Shown here: in pieces, positions 9,423 to 19,179 of the stretch | Numbering within the stretch: position 1 is the first letter of the stretch | How the letters are laid out: each line of letters opens with the position of its first letter | NCBI GenBank assembly: GCA_038065495.1 | Contig: JBBTQW010000002.1 | Coordinates: 81,321-145,320, forward strand | Reading direction: 5' to 3' | Length of the DNA stretch: 64,000 nucleotides | Origin: Patescibacteria group bacterium | GTDB taxonomy: Bacteria; Patescibacteriota; Minisyncoccia; Phycocordibacterales; JACOZG01 | Notes under the pieces: model-generated | Told to the model about the DNA's origin: nothing | The model's database searches: none | Seen by the model: the letters and a program-made list of their open reading frames with translations, nothing else | Program-made: the position numbers and the translations under genes

Positions 9423-9989
9423 ATGAGTAAAAAGATTGATTACTACGAGGATTTCCTGAGAGTTATAGGCGAGCGAGATAGGATTATAAGAGAAAATAAA
9501 AACAAACAACTAGTTTTTAGTTTAATAGCTTCGATTATCTCAATTCTAGCTCTTGCGTTTTTTTCGACTAGCTCTGGTGTATCTCTTTTCTTAAGCCCCG
9601 TATTTAAAAGCGAGGATCCCGCCACTCAGGAATTAGCAACAAAAGTAGACCGACTGCAAATCGATATTACCAACATTAAGAAATTATTTAACAACACCAA
9701 CGTTCCCTCTTTTAATTATCTAAATTCCAAACTCGTATCGATTGAACAAAAAAATGAGTACTTATACAACACCATCTTAGAAAACCCAGATAACGCCATT
9801 ACACCAATCATACTCAGAAAGGAGCAGAACAATTTAGACCAAAAAATTGAAGACTTAAGAAATCGTGTTGATACAACTAACAGTTGGCTTTTTGGAATAA
9901 TTGCGACTCTTGTCGTGGCAATAATTCTATTTCTTGGAAAACAAATTTTGACGTATTTTTCTAAGGAAAAAAACTCTATCAGAGAGTAG
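9423..9989 (+). CDS. Hypothetical membrane protein (2 TM plus coiled coil)
   Basis: Two hydrophobic segments; AT-rich; coupled to the upstream ORF. Confidence 0.7.
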   Translation: MSKKIDYYEDFLRVIGERDRIIRENKNKQLVFSLIASIISILALAFFSTSSGVSLFLSPVFKSEDPATQELATKVDRLQIDITNIKKLFNNTNVPSFNYLNSKLVSIEQKNEYLYNTILENPDNAITPIILRKEQNNLDQKIEDLRNRVDTTNSWLFGIIATLVVAIILFLGKQILTYFSKEKNSIRE

Positions 9990-10009
9990 TCCCAGAATAT
10001 TCAGTTTTG

Positions 10010-10081
10010 TGACCCTACAGGGAGTCGAACCCTGCTTCTAGCCTTGAGAAGGCTATGTCCTAGCCGATAGACGATAGGGCC
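10010..10081 (-). tRNA. tRNA-Glu(CTC), CCA not encoded
   Basis: GGCCCTA/TAGGGTC acceptor stem; TAGCC-TTCTCAA-GGCTA anticodon arm; GGTTCGACTCC T-arm. Confidence 0.95.
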
Positions 10082-10138
10082 CCGATTTTGTTAAACGAAG
10101 TTTCTACAAAATCGAGGGTCCGCGATCCTCGACTTTAG

Positions 10139-10432
10139 TCGGGATCGGGACCAAGTACCCATATTATTACTTTTTTAGTAATCTTTCAATCGCCGCACGA
10201 CTTTTCCACTTTTTAATCTGGTATTCACGACCTTGAGCCAAAGATCTGTTTTGGTAGGTTTCCGAGTAAATAAGCTGACAAGGTAAATTATTTTTTGTTG
10301 ATTTTACTTTCCCATTCTGATGCTCAGTTAATCTTTGTTCTAAATTACCAGTGCTTCCAGTGTAATATGATCCATTACTCAGTTTTAGAATGTAAGTGGA
10401 ATACATTTTTATCTTTCCTTTCCCGATCCCGA
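10139..10432. mobile_element. Candidate GIY-YIG module bounded by 12-bp inverted repeats TCGGGATCGGGA (10139-10150) and TCCCGATCCCGA (10421-10432)
   Basis: Perfect inverted repeat pair, each copy embedded in a hairpin; adjacent to the tRNA. Confidence 0.45.
10167..10406 (-). CDS. GIY-YIG nuclease superfamily protein (small, YhbQ-like)
   Basis: TYIL...YYTGST..LEQRL.EHQ.G ... RE.QIKKWKSR. Confidence 0.88.
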   Translation of the reverse strand: MYSTYILKLSNGSYYTGSTGNLEQRLTEHQNGKVKSTKNNLPCQLIYSETYQNRSLAQGREYQIKKWKSRAAIERLLKK

Positions 10433-10475
10433 TTCTTCGAATCGTGGATCGAGGATCCACGACGTTAATGTTTAA

Positions 10476-11765
10476 TTAACGTCGGGACCAGTTTTCGTCT
10501 TGCCTGACAAGTAATTTACTTTTCTCTTCTGGTTGCGCCATAATCTCCTCCACCACGCGCTCCATGCGCAGTGATTGCGAACCTTTTACGAGAATCACAT
10601 CAGCTGGCGCAATAAAGTTCTGCAGAAACTCGCCAGCCTGGCGCGAATCATCGAAGTGATAAACATTTTTCTTGCCCATTTTTTTCTTCATCGCTTCTTC
10701 CACGGCAAATTTCATCCGGAGTCCGACAGTCACCAACACGTCCGAGACGCGCGAAGCCAGAATCCCCACTTTCCGGTGCTCATCTATCGTATATTTGCCA
10801 AGTTCGAGCATATCACCCAACACTGCGATCTTCCGGCCAGTAATTTGCAAGCTGTTGAGAGTCTGGAGCGCCGCTTCTATTGCCGCCGGCGAAGCATTGT
10901 ACGTATCGTCAATAATTAGCGTTTCTTTAATTCCAGCTAGCAAGCGCATCCGGCCAGGCGGTGTGGTGAGGGTTTTGAGCGCTTCGCTCGCGCTCGCTAG
11001 ACTCATCCCCTGCGCCACGGCCGCGGCGGCAGCCGCAAGCAGCGCGTAGAGCTGGTGCTCTCCGAGCACGCCGTGGAGCTCAAACTTAACGCTCTCGCCG
11101 GCATAAGTAATCTGCACACTCAAGCCAACTGGCTGATTTTCATAAATAATTTGCACATCAGACGCCAGCAAATCAGAACCCGTTTGGAAGCCGTAGCTTA
11201 ACTTTCTCGCCTTCAAGCCATCAGCTAAATCGCGAATTTTTTCGTCGTCATGATTATAAATGACCAAACCCGATTCACTTACCGCTTGCGCGAGCAACCA
11301 CTTTTCTCGCGTCACCTCTTCGGCGGATTTAAAAAACTCCACATGCACTGGCACTTCCGGCAAACGGGTAATCACAGCCACGTCCAGCTTGAGCCAGCTC
11401 ACCAAGCGCGCCACATCGCCCGGGTGCTGAATGCCCACTTCTAACACCAATAATTCCGGATAATTAGTTCTAAACAGAATTAAACCCAAACCTTCGATAA
11501 TATTCTTCAACCACAAAACTAGATTCCACCAAGCGTTATCGCAATTTAAGATAGTGAGCGGCAAACCAATCTCGTGATTAAAGCTCTTCTGACTCGCTCT
11601 CAATCTAAATTTACCAGAGAGGACAGTCGCAATCGCATCTTTTGTACCCGTCTTGCCCACACTGCCAGTGATGGCAATGATTTTGGGCTGGTACTTTTTT
11701 AAGACCAATCTCGCCTCCCAGCGGAGAATCGTCGTGATGAGAAATCTAGCGGTCTGGCGGAACAT
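10476..11765 (-). CDS. murF: UDP-MurNAc-tripeptide--D-Ala-D-Ala ligase
   Basis: ITGSVGKT, DDTYNASP, GDMLELG and LVKGS motifs. Confidence 0.93.
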   Translation of the reverse strand: MFRQTARFLITTILRWEARLVLKKYQPKIIAITGSVGKTGTKDAIATVLSGKFRLRASQKSFNHEIGLPLTILNCDNAWWNLVLWLKNIIEGLGLILFRTNYPELLVLEVGIQHPGDVARLVSWLKLDVAVITRLPEVPVHVEFFKSAEEVTREKWLLAQAVSESGLVIYNHDDEKIRDLADGLKARKLSYGFQTGSDLLASDVQIIYENQPVGLSVQITYAGESVKFELHGVLGEHQLYALLAAAAAAVAQGMSLASASEALKTLTTPPGRMRLLAGIKETLIIDDTYNASPAAIEAALQTLNSLQITGRKIAVLGDMLELGKYTIDEHRKVGILASRVSDVLVTVGLRMKFAVEEAMKKKMGKKNVYHFDDSRQAGEFLQNFIAPADVILVKGSQSLRMERVVEEIMAQPEEKSKLLVRQDENWSRR

Positions 11766-13464
11766 TGTAGTAGTTTAGCAAAAATTTCGTGAGCTTCATA
11801 AAGGGCTCGGTGAGCGTGGCCGAGGCGTAAGGCGCGCCTTGCGGATGGAGTTGGTAGAGAAAAACGAGAAATCTAGGATTAGAAGCCGGGAAATAGCCAA
11901 AGAATGAGTGGAGAAAATAATCTGGATCATAGCTATTTGCCCCCGGACGAACCTGTTGGGCTGTTCCCGTCTTGGCCGCCACGCTGTAGCGTTCGTTCTT
12001 GTGCTGACCACCAAGTAGCGCTGTATCTACAACAGTCACGAGCATTTGAGTAATAGTTTTGCTAGTTTCAGGTTTAAGCACTTGCCGGATTATTTCTGGC
12101 TTGATGACTTGTGTGAGTTTAGAATTATTGCGGCTGATCTCGGTGACCACATGCGGCTTCACCAGCACACCGCCATTACCGAGCACGGCGAGCGCTCGAG
12201 CCATCGTAATGGGCGTAACGGCCAAACCTTGGCCGAAAGCAGCCGTAGCGTACTCAATATCTCGCGTGCTATTTAAATTAGTAATCAAATTATTAACTTC
12301 GCCGGGCAGATCTATGTTAGTTTTCTCAGCCAAGCCATACTTGAACATATACTCACTAAACTTGATGCGGCCAAGCTTTTGCATCGCAAACACCGCGCCG
12401 GTATTAAGCGACTGATTAAGCACTTCTTGCATCGAGACTGTTCCCCTGCTTTTGAAATCAAAGTTGTTGATCGTTTTGTTGTTCAGCATCAGCGTGCCAG
12501 CGTCAAAATATGTCGTGCTGGGTTTAACCACGCCCGCGTCCAGCGCCGCCGCCATGGTGAGGGGTTTAAAGATTGAGCCCATCTCGTAAACTCTCTCTAC
12601 CAGTGGATTGGCGAGAATATTGAGATTATCTTTTTTACCACCAGGGTCAAAGTCTGGTAATGCCGCCATGGCGAGCACAGCGCCCGTGTGCGGGTCCAGA
12701 ATAATCCCACCGACCGTCTCCGACTGCCATTTGCTCTTGATCAGCGCCAGTTCTTGCTCCAGAGTTTCTTGCACTGTTGACTCAATACTCGTCACAATAT
12801 CCGCCTCGCTGGTATTGACCGCCTTGCCCCAGAGCGATCCGCCAAAATCAGATAAGACTTCTGACAAAAAGCTGACAAAAGTTTTATCTGATTCACGTTT
12901 TAGCAGACTCTCATACTGCTTTTCCAAACCATAACTGCCCACACCTTCGTAATTTAAGAAGCCCAGGGCATGTGCTGCCGTAGCACCAGCGGGATAAAAC
13001 CGCCAGCGTGTTTTGTACAAGTTTACACCTGATAATTTTAGACTTTTTATTTTGTCAGCTGTGGCTTGATCTAATCTCGTCGCAATTTCCTCATACGGAT
13101 CAGTGCTCTTGCTGGCTTTGGCGATGAAACTCTCGTGATCTAGTTCTGGCAAGATATTAACTAGCTTGCTGTAAATATTTTCTAAATCTGGACTCGCGCT
13201 AGAAATTAGCGTGGGATTAAGCGCGAGGATAAAACCGTCACGCATAGTGGCGGCAGAAACAAGTTGCGCATTTTGTTGCTTAAAGAAAATTGTACCACGA
13301 TCACTAAGTTGCCCCGCCGGACGCTGATATTGCCTATCAGCTTTATCAGCATAAAAGTTATTCTTGATTAGTTGCAAAAAAAAGAGCCGGCTCACTAGAA
13401 CCAGAATCATAATGAAAATTATCAGCGACAAGAGCCGTACTCGACCAGTAAAATTAACAGACAT
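11746..13464 (-). CDS. ftsI: Class B penicillin-binding protein (division)
   Basis: GSIFK, SLN and KTGTAQ motifs; dcw context. Confidence 0.88.
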   Translation of the reverse strand: MSVNFTGRVRLLSLIIFIMILVLVSRLFFLQLIKNNFYADKADRQYQRPAGQLSDRGTIFFKQQNAQLVSAATMRDGFILALNPTLISSASPDLENIYSKLVNILPELDHESFIAKASKSTDPYEEIATRLDQATADKIKSLKLSGVNLYKTRWRFYPAGATAAHALGFLNYEGVGSYGLEKQYESLLKRESDKTFVSFLSEVLSDFGGSLWGKAVNTSEADIVTSIESTVQETLEQELALIKSKWQSETVGGIILDPHTGAVLAMAALPDFDPGGKKDNLNILANPLVERVYEMGSIFKPLTMAAALDAGVVKPSTTYFDAGTLMLNNKTINNFDFKSRGTVSMQEVLNQSLNTGAVFAMQKLGRIKFSEYMFKYGLAEKTNIDLPGEVNNLITNLNSTRDIEYATAAFGQGLAVTPITMARALAVLGNGGVLVKPHVVTEISRNNSKLTQVIKPEIIRQVLKPETSKTITQMLVTVVDTALLGGQHKNERYSVAAKTGTAQQVRPGANSYDPDYFLHSFFGYFPASNPRFLVFLYQLHPQGAPYASATLTEPFMKLTKFLLNYYNVPPDR

Positions 13465-13496
13465 GGCTCCAGATTAGCAAATTACTCTAGCGCAGA

Positions 13497-13826
13497 CTAG
13501 GGTAACGCAACTTTCGTGTTCAATGCCACCACACCACCAGCGAGTGGCCGGGCGAAAATGACGCTCCCAGCAGCATCGTGGAAGCCGAGCGCATAAGCTC
13601 TGTCGAGCGTTACGCCACCAGATAGAGCCAAATATTCTGTTTCTAATGAGACAACGGCGCTCTGGCGTGTGGCCAAGTCGTCCAGCGCGCGCTGACGGCC
13701 CACGAGGTTGAAGACTACGCTATTGACGAGGCAAATATAGAGCACAAAGAGGGCTACCACGCCGCTGGCGAGTTGCTTAAAGAGTCGCTCTTGTTGATAA
13801 ATTTTATTAATATTTCCCGCTGTCAT
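13497..13826 (-). CDS. FtsL-like bitopic protein
   Basis: TM plus short coiled coil ending in A..LGF; lies between rsmH and ftsI. Confidence 0.6.
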   Translation of the reverse strand: MTAGNINKIYQQERLFKQLASGVVALFVLYICLVNSVVFNLVGRQRALDDLATRQSAVVSLETEYLALSGGVTLDRAYALGFHDAAGSVIFARPLAGGVVALNTKVALP

Positions 13827-13830
13827 CTTT

Positions 13831-14733
13831 TTATATTTTTTTAATAATCCTTAATTGCGCACTGCGTGATCTGGGATTTTGTAATGTTTCAGCTCTAGCT
13901 GGTTTAACTGCATGTTTAGTGAGAATCTCGCCACTATTTTCCTCTGCTTTAGCTTTGTAGAAGTCTTTGACAATCTTGGCCTCCAAACTGTGGAAACTGA
14001 TCACGGCCAATCGGCCGTTCTTCTCGTCTAGCTTTTGCCACACTGCATCTAATCCAGCTTTCAGCGCGCCCAGTTCGTCGTTTACAACAATCCGCAAAGC
14101 TTGGAAAGTTTTAGTCGCAAAGTGTAACTTTCTCGCCTTACTCCGGTACCAAGCTGGTACGGCATTCCTGATTATTTCCAGCAAGTCAGCCACTGTTTCG
14201 ATTTTTTTATTTTGCCTCTGCGCTACAATTTCTCTGGCAATTCTTTTAGCAAAGCGTTCTTCGCCATAAGCGTAGATCACGTCAGATAAAGTCTCTTCTC
14301 GCCAGTGATTCACAACCTCACTAGCCGTTAATTCAGGATTTTCACTAAAGCTCATCAGCAATTTCTCGTCTAATTTCTGAAACGAGAATCCCCGGCCCGA
14401 TTCTTCCAATTGCTGCGAACTCAAACCGAGATCAAATAACGCCGCATCTAACTTATTAATTCCCGCTTGTTCTAGTAATTCTGCTAAATTTCTAAAATTG
14501 CTATTTAACAAAATTATTTTTGCGCCGGTGTTTGCTTTTTCGAGATTAATTTTTGCTTCGGCAATAGCGTTCTTATCAGCATCAATGCCAACTACTGTTC
14601 CTGTTTTGCCAACTTGTTTCGCTAGTTCCACAGCATGTCCAGCGCGGTTTAGAGTAGCATCAAGTACTGTCTCACCAGCTTGAAGATTCAAACCTGTCAA
14701 AACTTCTTGTAAAAGAACTGGATCGTGTTTCAT
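13831..14733 (-). CDS. rsmH: 16S rRNA m4C1402 methyltransferase
   Basis: HDPVLL, DLGLSS.QL, TFQALRI.VN.EL and NPRSRSA motifs. Confidence 0.96.
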   Translation of the reverse strand: MKHDPVLLQEVLTGLNLQAGETVLDATLNRAGHAVELAKQVGKTGTVVGIDADKNAIAEAKINLEKANTGAKIILLNSNFRNLAELLEQAGINKLDAALFDLGLSSQQLEESGRGFSFQKLDEKLLMSFSENPELTASEVVNHWREETLSDVIYAYGEERFAKRIAREIVAQRQNKKIETVADLLEIIRNAVPAWYRSKARKLHFATKTFQALRIVVNDELGALKAGLDAVWQKLDEKNGRLAVISFHSLEAKIVKDFYKAKAEENSGEILTKHAVKPARAETLQNPRSRSAQLRIIKKI

Positions 14734-14757
14734 CAGAATTAGTTTCAGAAAAACAGT

Positions 14758-15192
14758 TTAGAACACTCCAATCTCGCCTAACTTTTCTGCCAGGGCATCG
14801 GCTTGCTTCTCCACGTTCTGTTTGTAAGCTTGCCAACGCTCTTCGTCCCAGATTTCCAAGCGAGAGTGCACACCAGCGATCACCGTTTTGGTCTGCAAGC
14901 CCGCGAATTGCCGCAAGTAATCAGGCAAGAGGATGCGACCCATGCTATCCACTTCGCACTCCGCCGCGCCACCGAGCATAAACCGGTTGAAGCTTCTGGT
15001 ATCTGCTCGCAACATGGATAAGCTAGCCAGCTTTTCCGAGATCCTCTTCCACTCCTTGAGCGTGTAGACAAAGAGACAATTATCCAAGCCTGGCGTAATC
15101 ACCACCTGACGACCCACCTCCTTGCGCCATTTGGCGGGTATTGCCAGGCGCTTTTTGTCGTCAATCGTGTGTTTGTGTTCGCCAATCAGCAT
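14758..15192 (-). CDS. mraZ: Division/cell wall cluster repressor MraZ
   Basis: MLIGEHKHTIDDKKRL and D.MGRILLP repeats. Confidence 0.96.
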   Translation of the reverse strand: MLIGEHKHTIDDKKRLAIPAKWRKEVGRQVVITPGLDNCLFVYTLKEWKRISEKLASLSMLRADTRSFNRFMLGGAAECEVDSMGRILLPDYLRQFAGLQTKTVIAGVHSRLEIWDEERWQAYKQNVEKQADALAEKLGEIGVF

Positions 15193-15202
15193 ATTTCGAT
15201 TT

Positions 15203-15240
15203 CCCACTTCTCCCCACTTACCTACTATTCTATCCCACCC
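15203..15240 (-). promoter_or_regulatory. MraZ-box repeats (GTGGG at ~10-nt spacing)
   Basis: CCCAC at 15203, 15213 and 15234 on the plus strand, directly upstream of mraZ. Confidence 0.65.
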
Positions 15241-15261
15241 ATCACCATTTACCAACCCGAG

Positions 15262-15270
15262 TTATCCACA
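15262..15270 (+). promoter_or_regulatory. Perfect DnaA box TTATCCACA
   Basis: Exact consensus in the mraZ upstream region. Confidence 0.5.
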
Positions 15271-15297
15271 GTTCCCCAGTACTGTTTTTTAGACAAG

Positions 15298-15323
15298 AAA
15301 AAACCACTACTCTAGTGGTTTTT
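15298..15323 (-). terminator. Palindrome ACCACTA-CTC-TAGTGGT with T/A tracts (terminator, or operator)
   Basis: Downstream of the adaptor gene. Confidence 0.5.
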
Positions 15324-15344
15324 CGAGAAATTATTTTAAAAATT

Positions 15345-16883
15345 TTACGGCAACACGATCTCGTCTCCCAAATTTAAGCCACTCACAATCTCCACTTGGC
15401 CGTCAGAAGCGCGCAAACCGGTCGTCACTTTTACTTCTTCATTTTCGCCATTAGCATTCTGACGCGTCACCATCGCCTCGGCACCAACAAACTTGATTGC
15501 TCGCGTGGGCACGGCCAGCACTTGCGCTCGCTGGCCAGTTACCAGCTCAATATTGGCCGTCATGCCGGAGCGGATTCGGGCGTCACTTTCGGCAAAAGTG
15601 AGAGTAATTTTGTAAGTCGGTACACCCTCCAAGATCGTCTCCGCCGGATCAATCGCGGTGACAGTGGCCTCAAACTTGGCCGCATCGCCGTAAGCGTCGA
15701 GTAGCACAGTCGCCTTGTCACTCAATTTCACTTTCGCAATATCAACTTCTGGCACATTAGCTTCCACAATCAGTTGACCATCAGTAATCAAGCCCACCAG
15801 CGCCGTGCCGGCGGTGGCAAATTCGCCCACGCGCGCTTCTTGTTTCGTTACAATGCCAGAGAACGGCGCGCGGATCGCGTAATCAGCGAGCTTGGCTTGC
15901 GCGTTTTGCAAACTATTTTTCTTCTCGTTCACCACTACCGCTTGCGACTCGAGGCTGAAATTATTAGTGCTACTGTTTAATCTCTCCTGACTAATCGTGC
16001 TGGTAATCGCTCCGAGCTCGGCCACGTAGCTATTGATCGTCTGCAATTGTGTGCCTAGCCGCGCCCATTGCTCGGCGACTAGATCTGCCTGTAGCGATGT
16101 CCAATCGCCAGAAACTGATTTATCGTGGAAATATTGCACGAGATCTCGTCCCAATTTGATCAACTCACTCAACTGCTTGAGCACTTGGTGAGTATCAGTG
16201 ATTATTTTTTCGTCTAGAACAGTGTCGGTGACATTAGCCTGATCGCGTTGCTGATAAAGCGCAAACAACTTAGCGTAATTATTTTTTAGAATATTATATT
16301 GTTGCTTGGCCGTGCTTGGCACCGAGCGAAATTTGGTCTCATAACTGCTAACCACCGTGGCGTAATAAGTGAGATTATCACCGCCGATGGTAGAACTAGT
16401 GAAGTCGCTATCGAAAAAAGTGTGATTGACCGAATCCAGAATATCGCCCGCCTCGCCAAAGACGCGCACCAGCACGCTCAAGCCATCCTGCCGCGCTTTG
16501 TCTAGTTTGTTGGTGACGAACTGACCAGTGCTGGGGTGCTCCAGCTTAGCAAGATCAACTTGCGCTGTCTCCAGTGCTGCCTGGGCGTCATTGACCGCCT
16601 GGACGGCGTCGCGGCTATCTAGCCGCGCCAGCACGCTGCCAGCTGGCACTTGCTCGCCCACCGCGCGCTCAACAGCCACAATAAAACCGCTTTGCTTAAA
16701 CGCGAGATCAGCTTTTTGGTTCGCCTTCACTTTGCCAATCACGCTCACGCGCTCTAATAAATCAGTTTTGGCAACTGTAAAAGCGCCAGCATCGCTGTTA
16801 GTATTGCGAGTGAAGAAAAAAATTGCCAGTAAAATAATTACAACAACAGCAATCCCCGTCCAGAGTAATTTTTTATTTTTCAT
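15345..16883 (-). CDS. Efflux RND/MacA-type periplasmic adaptor subunit
   Basis: N-terminal TM, lipoyl halves, long hairpin, IRAPFSG, GMTA, VEIVSGL..GD. Confidence 0.88.
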   Translation of the reverse strand: MKNKKLLWTGIAVVVIILLAIFFFTRNTNSDAGAFTVAKTDLLERVSVIGKVKANQKADLAFKQSGFIVAVERAVGEQVPAGSVLARLDSRDAVQAVNDAQAALETAQVDLAKLEHPSTGQFVTNKLDKARQDGLSVLVRVFGEAGDILDSVNHTFFDSDFTSSTIGGDNLTYYATVVSSYETKFRSVPSTAKQQYNILKNNYAKLFALYQQRDQANVTDTVLDEKIITDTHQVLKQLSELIKLGRDLVQYFHDKSVSGDWTSLQADLVAEQWARLGTQLQTINSYVAELGAITSTISQERLNSSTNNFSLESQAVVVNEKKNSLQNAQAKLADYAIRAPFSGIVTKQEARVGEFATAGTALVGLITDGQLIVEANVPEVDIAKVKLSDKATVLLDAYGDAAKFEATVTAIDPAETILEGVPTYKITLTFAESDARIRSGMTANIELVTGQRAQVLAVPTRAIKFVGAEAMVTRQNANGENEEVKVTTGLRASDGQVEIVSGLNLGDEIVLP

Positions 16884-18348
16884 TTTTTGGTTTTAGCGTG
16901 GGGAAGAAAATTACTTCTTTGATATTACTCGTGTCAGTAAAAAGCATTGCGAGACGATCAATACCGATGCCAATGCCACCATTAGGCGGCATTCCGTATT
17001 CCATGGCCTCAAGATAATCCTGATCGCTTGGCGAAATTTCACCTTCACCGCCTTCTCTTTTTTGATCTTGCTCGCGATAACGTTCTGCCTGCTCCACGGG
17101 GTCGTTTAATTCGCTAAAGGCATTGACCATTTCTAGACCCACGATAACTAACTGGAAACGGTCAATAAAACGCGGGTCATCTGCTTTGCGCTTAGCAAAT
17201 GGATTGAACCCCACGGGGTAGTCAATGATAAATGTCGGCTGGAGAAGCTTTGGTCGGCAAACTTTTTTGTAAATATTGTCCATAATTTTCTCTGTCGCTT
17301 CGCTCGGTTCCACCGCCACGCCAAGCTGGGATGCCTTCAATTCAAGCTCGCGACGAGTTGCATTGGCCGGATCAGGGATCAGCGCGTAACGTTTGAGCAG
17401 GTCAAAAAAGCCAACAACACTAAATTTTGGAGCAAAATTAATTTTCTCATTGTTGTACTCTAGAGTGTCTGTGCCAAAAATTGCTTTTACCAAATACTTG
17501 AATAGCTTTTCCACAAACTCACGCTGACTGGTCGCGTCGGCATAAGCCTCTTGCGACTCCAACATCGTAAACTCCGGATTGTGTGTGGTATCAATACCTT
17601 CGTTGCGAAAGATCCGGCCAATCTCATAGACTCGATTGAGACCTCCCACCAACAGCTTTTTGAGATAAAGCTCTTGAGCAATCCGCAGATTAAAGTCCGT
17701 GTCGAGAGCTTCGTGATGGGTCACAAAAGGCCGGGCCGTGGCTCCACCAGCCAGAGCTTGGAGAATTGGTGTTTCTACTTCCAAATACCCGTGTTGATTA
17801 AAAAATTTCCTGATCGCAGTAATTAGCCGCGATCGTGTTTCCAATTTGGTTCTAACTGGAGGCGACATCATTATATCCAGATAACGCCGCCGGAATCGCT
17901 CTTCCACATCTTGCAAACCGTGCCATTTATCCGGCAAGGGTCGCAAACTCTTGCCGAGTAGACGCCAAGTTTTTACGGCTAAACTCTTCTCTTCTCTTTT
18001 TGTGATAAACAAACTGCCGCTGGCTTCGATAAAATCGCCAACATCTATAACGTCACGAAAAAGTTCAAATAATTTTGCGTCCATTTCGTCACTTTTCGCC
18101 ACTAACTGCAATTTTTCCGTGCCGTCATCTAAATCGAGAAATAAAATAGAACCTTGACCACGGATTGCCCGTACGCGCCCGGCCACTGTCAGCGCTTTTT
18201 TGCGTTTGCTAAGTTTTGTAAAATCAGATAAAACCTGCGTGAGAGAAAAATCTTGCTGTGCGCTCACCGGATAAGCCTCGGCGCCATGCTCGCGCCAGAG
18301 CGCTAATTTGCGCAAACGCTCGGTCCGCAATTCTGCTAGCGATGCCAT
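16873..18348 (-). CDS. lysS: Lysyl-tRNA synthetase (class II)
   Basis: OB fold; GGATARPF, FRNEGID..HNPEF and GIGIDRL motifs. Confidence 0.97.
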   Translation of the reverse strand: MASLAELRTERLRKLALWREHGAEAYPVSAQQDFSLTQVLSDFTKLSKRKKALTVAGRVRAIRGQGSILFLDLDDGTEKLQLVAKSDEMDAKLFELFRDVIDVGDFIEASGSLFITKREEKSLAVKTWRLLGKSLRPLPDKWHGLQDVEERFRRRYLDIMMSPPVRTKLETRSRLITAIRKFFNQHGYLEVETPILQALAGGATARPFVTHHEALDTDFNLRIAQELYLKKLLVGGLNRVYEIGRIFRNEGIDTTHNPEFTMLESQEAYADATSQREFVEKLFKYLVKAIFGTDTLEYNNEKINFAPKFSVVGFFDLLKRYALIPDPANATRRELELKASQLGVAVEPSEATEKIMDNIYKKVCRPKLLQPTFIIDYPVGFNPFAKRKADDPRFIDRFQLVIVGLEMVNAFSELNDPVEQAERYREQDQKREGGEGEISPSDQDYLEAMEYGMPPNGGIGIGIDRLAMLFTDTSNIKEVIFFPTLKPKNEK

Positions 18349-18369
18349 TTTGTTTTTAAAAAAATTAAA

Positions 18370-18837
18370 CTAGTCTATGCTAACCACTTTGTAACTCACT
18401 TTGCCTTTTGGTGTCTGCACCAGCGCTTCTTCCCCCTTTTTCTTGCCCAGCAGAGCCAAACCCAGCGGCGACTGGCCGGAAATCTTGCCGCTCGCCACGT
18501 CTGCCTCCTCCGAGCCCACAATCGTCAGTTTACTCTTCTTGCTGTCACTCTGCTTTTCTACCGTCAGAGTTGAGCCAATTTCCACCTCTGCACTGTGGTG
18601 TAGCGCCATGATCTGGGAAGTCTTGAGCAAATTCTCCAGCTGGCTAATCCGATCCTCAATTTCCGCCTGTTCTTCACGCGCCGCGTGATACTCTGCATTT
18701 TCTGATAAATCGCCCAGAGACTTGGCAAACTCCAACCGTTCTGCCACCTCCTTGCGCCGCGTCATCTTGAGCTCGCTTAGTTCGGCTTCCAGCTCCGCAA
18801 ATTTCTCTTTACTCAAGTAGTCTGTATTCATAGGCAT
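18370..18837 (-). CDS. greA: Transcription elongation factor GreA
   Basis: GDLSENAEY and IS..SPLG.ALLG motifs; start approximate. Confidence 0.96.
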   Translation of the reverse strand: MPMNTDYLSKEKFAELEAELSELKMTRRKEVAERLEFAKSLGDLSENAEYHAAREEQAEIEDRISQLENLLKTSQIMALHHSAEVEIGSTLTVEKQSDSKKSKLTIVGSEEADVASGKISGQSPLGLALLGKKKGEEALVQTPKGKVSYKVVSID

Positions 18838-18892
18838 GTTATTGGTTATAAACAGTCCGACTATTCTAAACCAAAAAGCTTTTTTAAGCAAG

Positions 18893-18936
18893 AAAAAAGC
18901 CTCGTGCTCGCCTATTTAGATAGACGAACCGAGGCT
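18893..18936 (-). terminator. Intrinsic terminator of the 18955 cassette
   Basis: AGCCTCG...CGAGGCT stem plus A-tract. Confidence 0.6.
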
Positions 18937-18954
18937 CTGGATCAAGATTTCACG

Positions 18955-19179
18955 CTACTTCTGCCCAGCTCGCGACTCAGCTTCGGCAATGGATTCTGCC
19001 CGATTCCGCCAAAGAAACCGAGTACGATTCAAATCACTAACACGAGTGACGTGACCAGGGCAATCCTCATTACCACACAGTGGCCCCGCCAGCATATCTC
19101 CCTCGTTCTCTCGTATTTGCGATCCATCCCATAAAGCCCAACAATTATCGCACTCATAAGTACCAATGTACGCCGACAT
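18955..19179 (-). CDS. Small putative Zn-ribbon protein (solo cassette)
   Basis: CDNC...CGNEDC; SD GGAGG; promoter TTTACA-16-TATAGT at 19264-19237. Confidence 0.65.
   Translation of the reverse strand: MSAYIGTYECDNCWALWDGSQIRENEGDMLAGPLCGNEDCPGHVTRVSDLNRTRFLWRNRAESIAEAESRAGQK

Noticed and set aside
15262-15270. Replication origin
   Set aside because: Only one perfect DnaA box, with no cluster or dnaA/dnaN neighbourhood.
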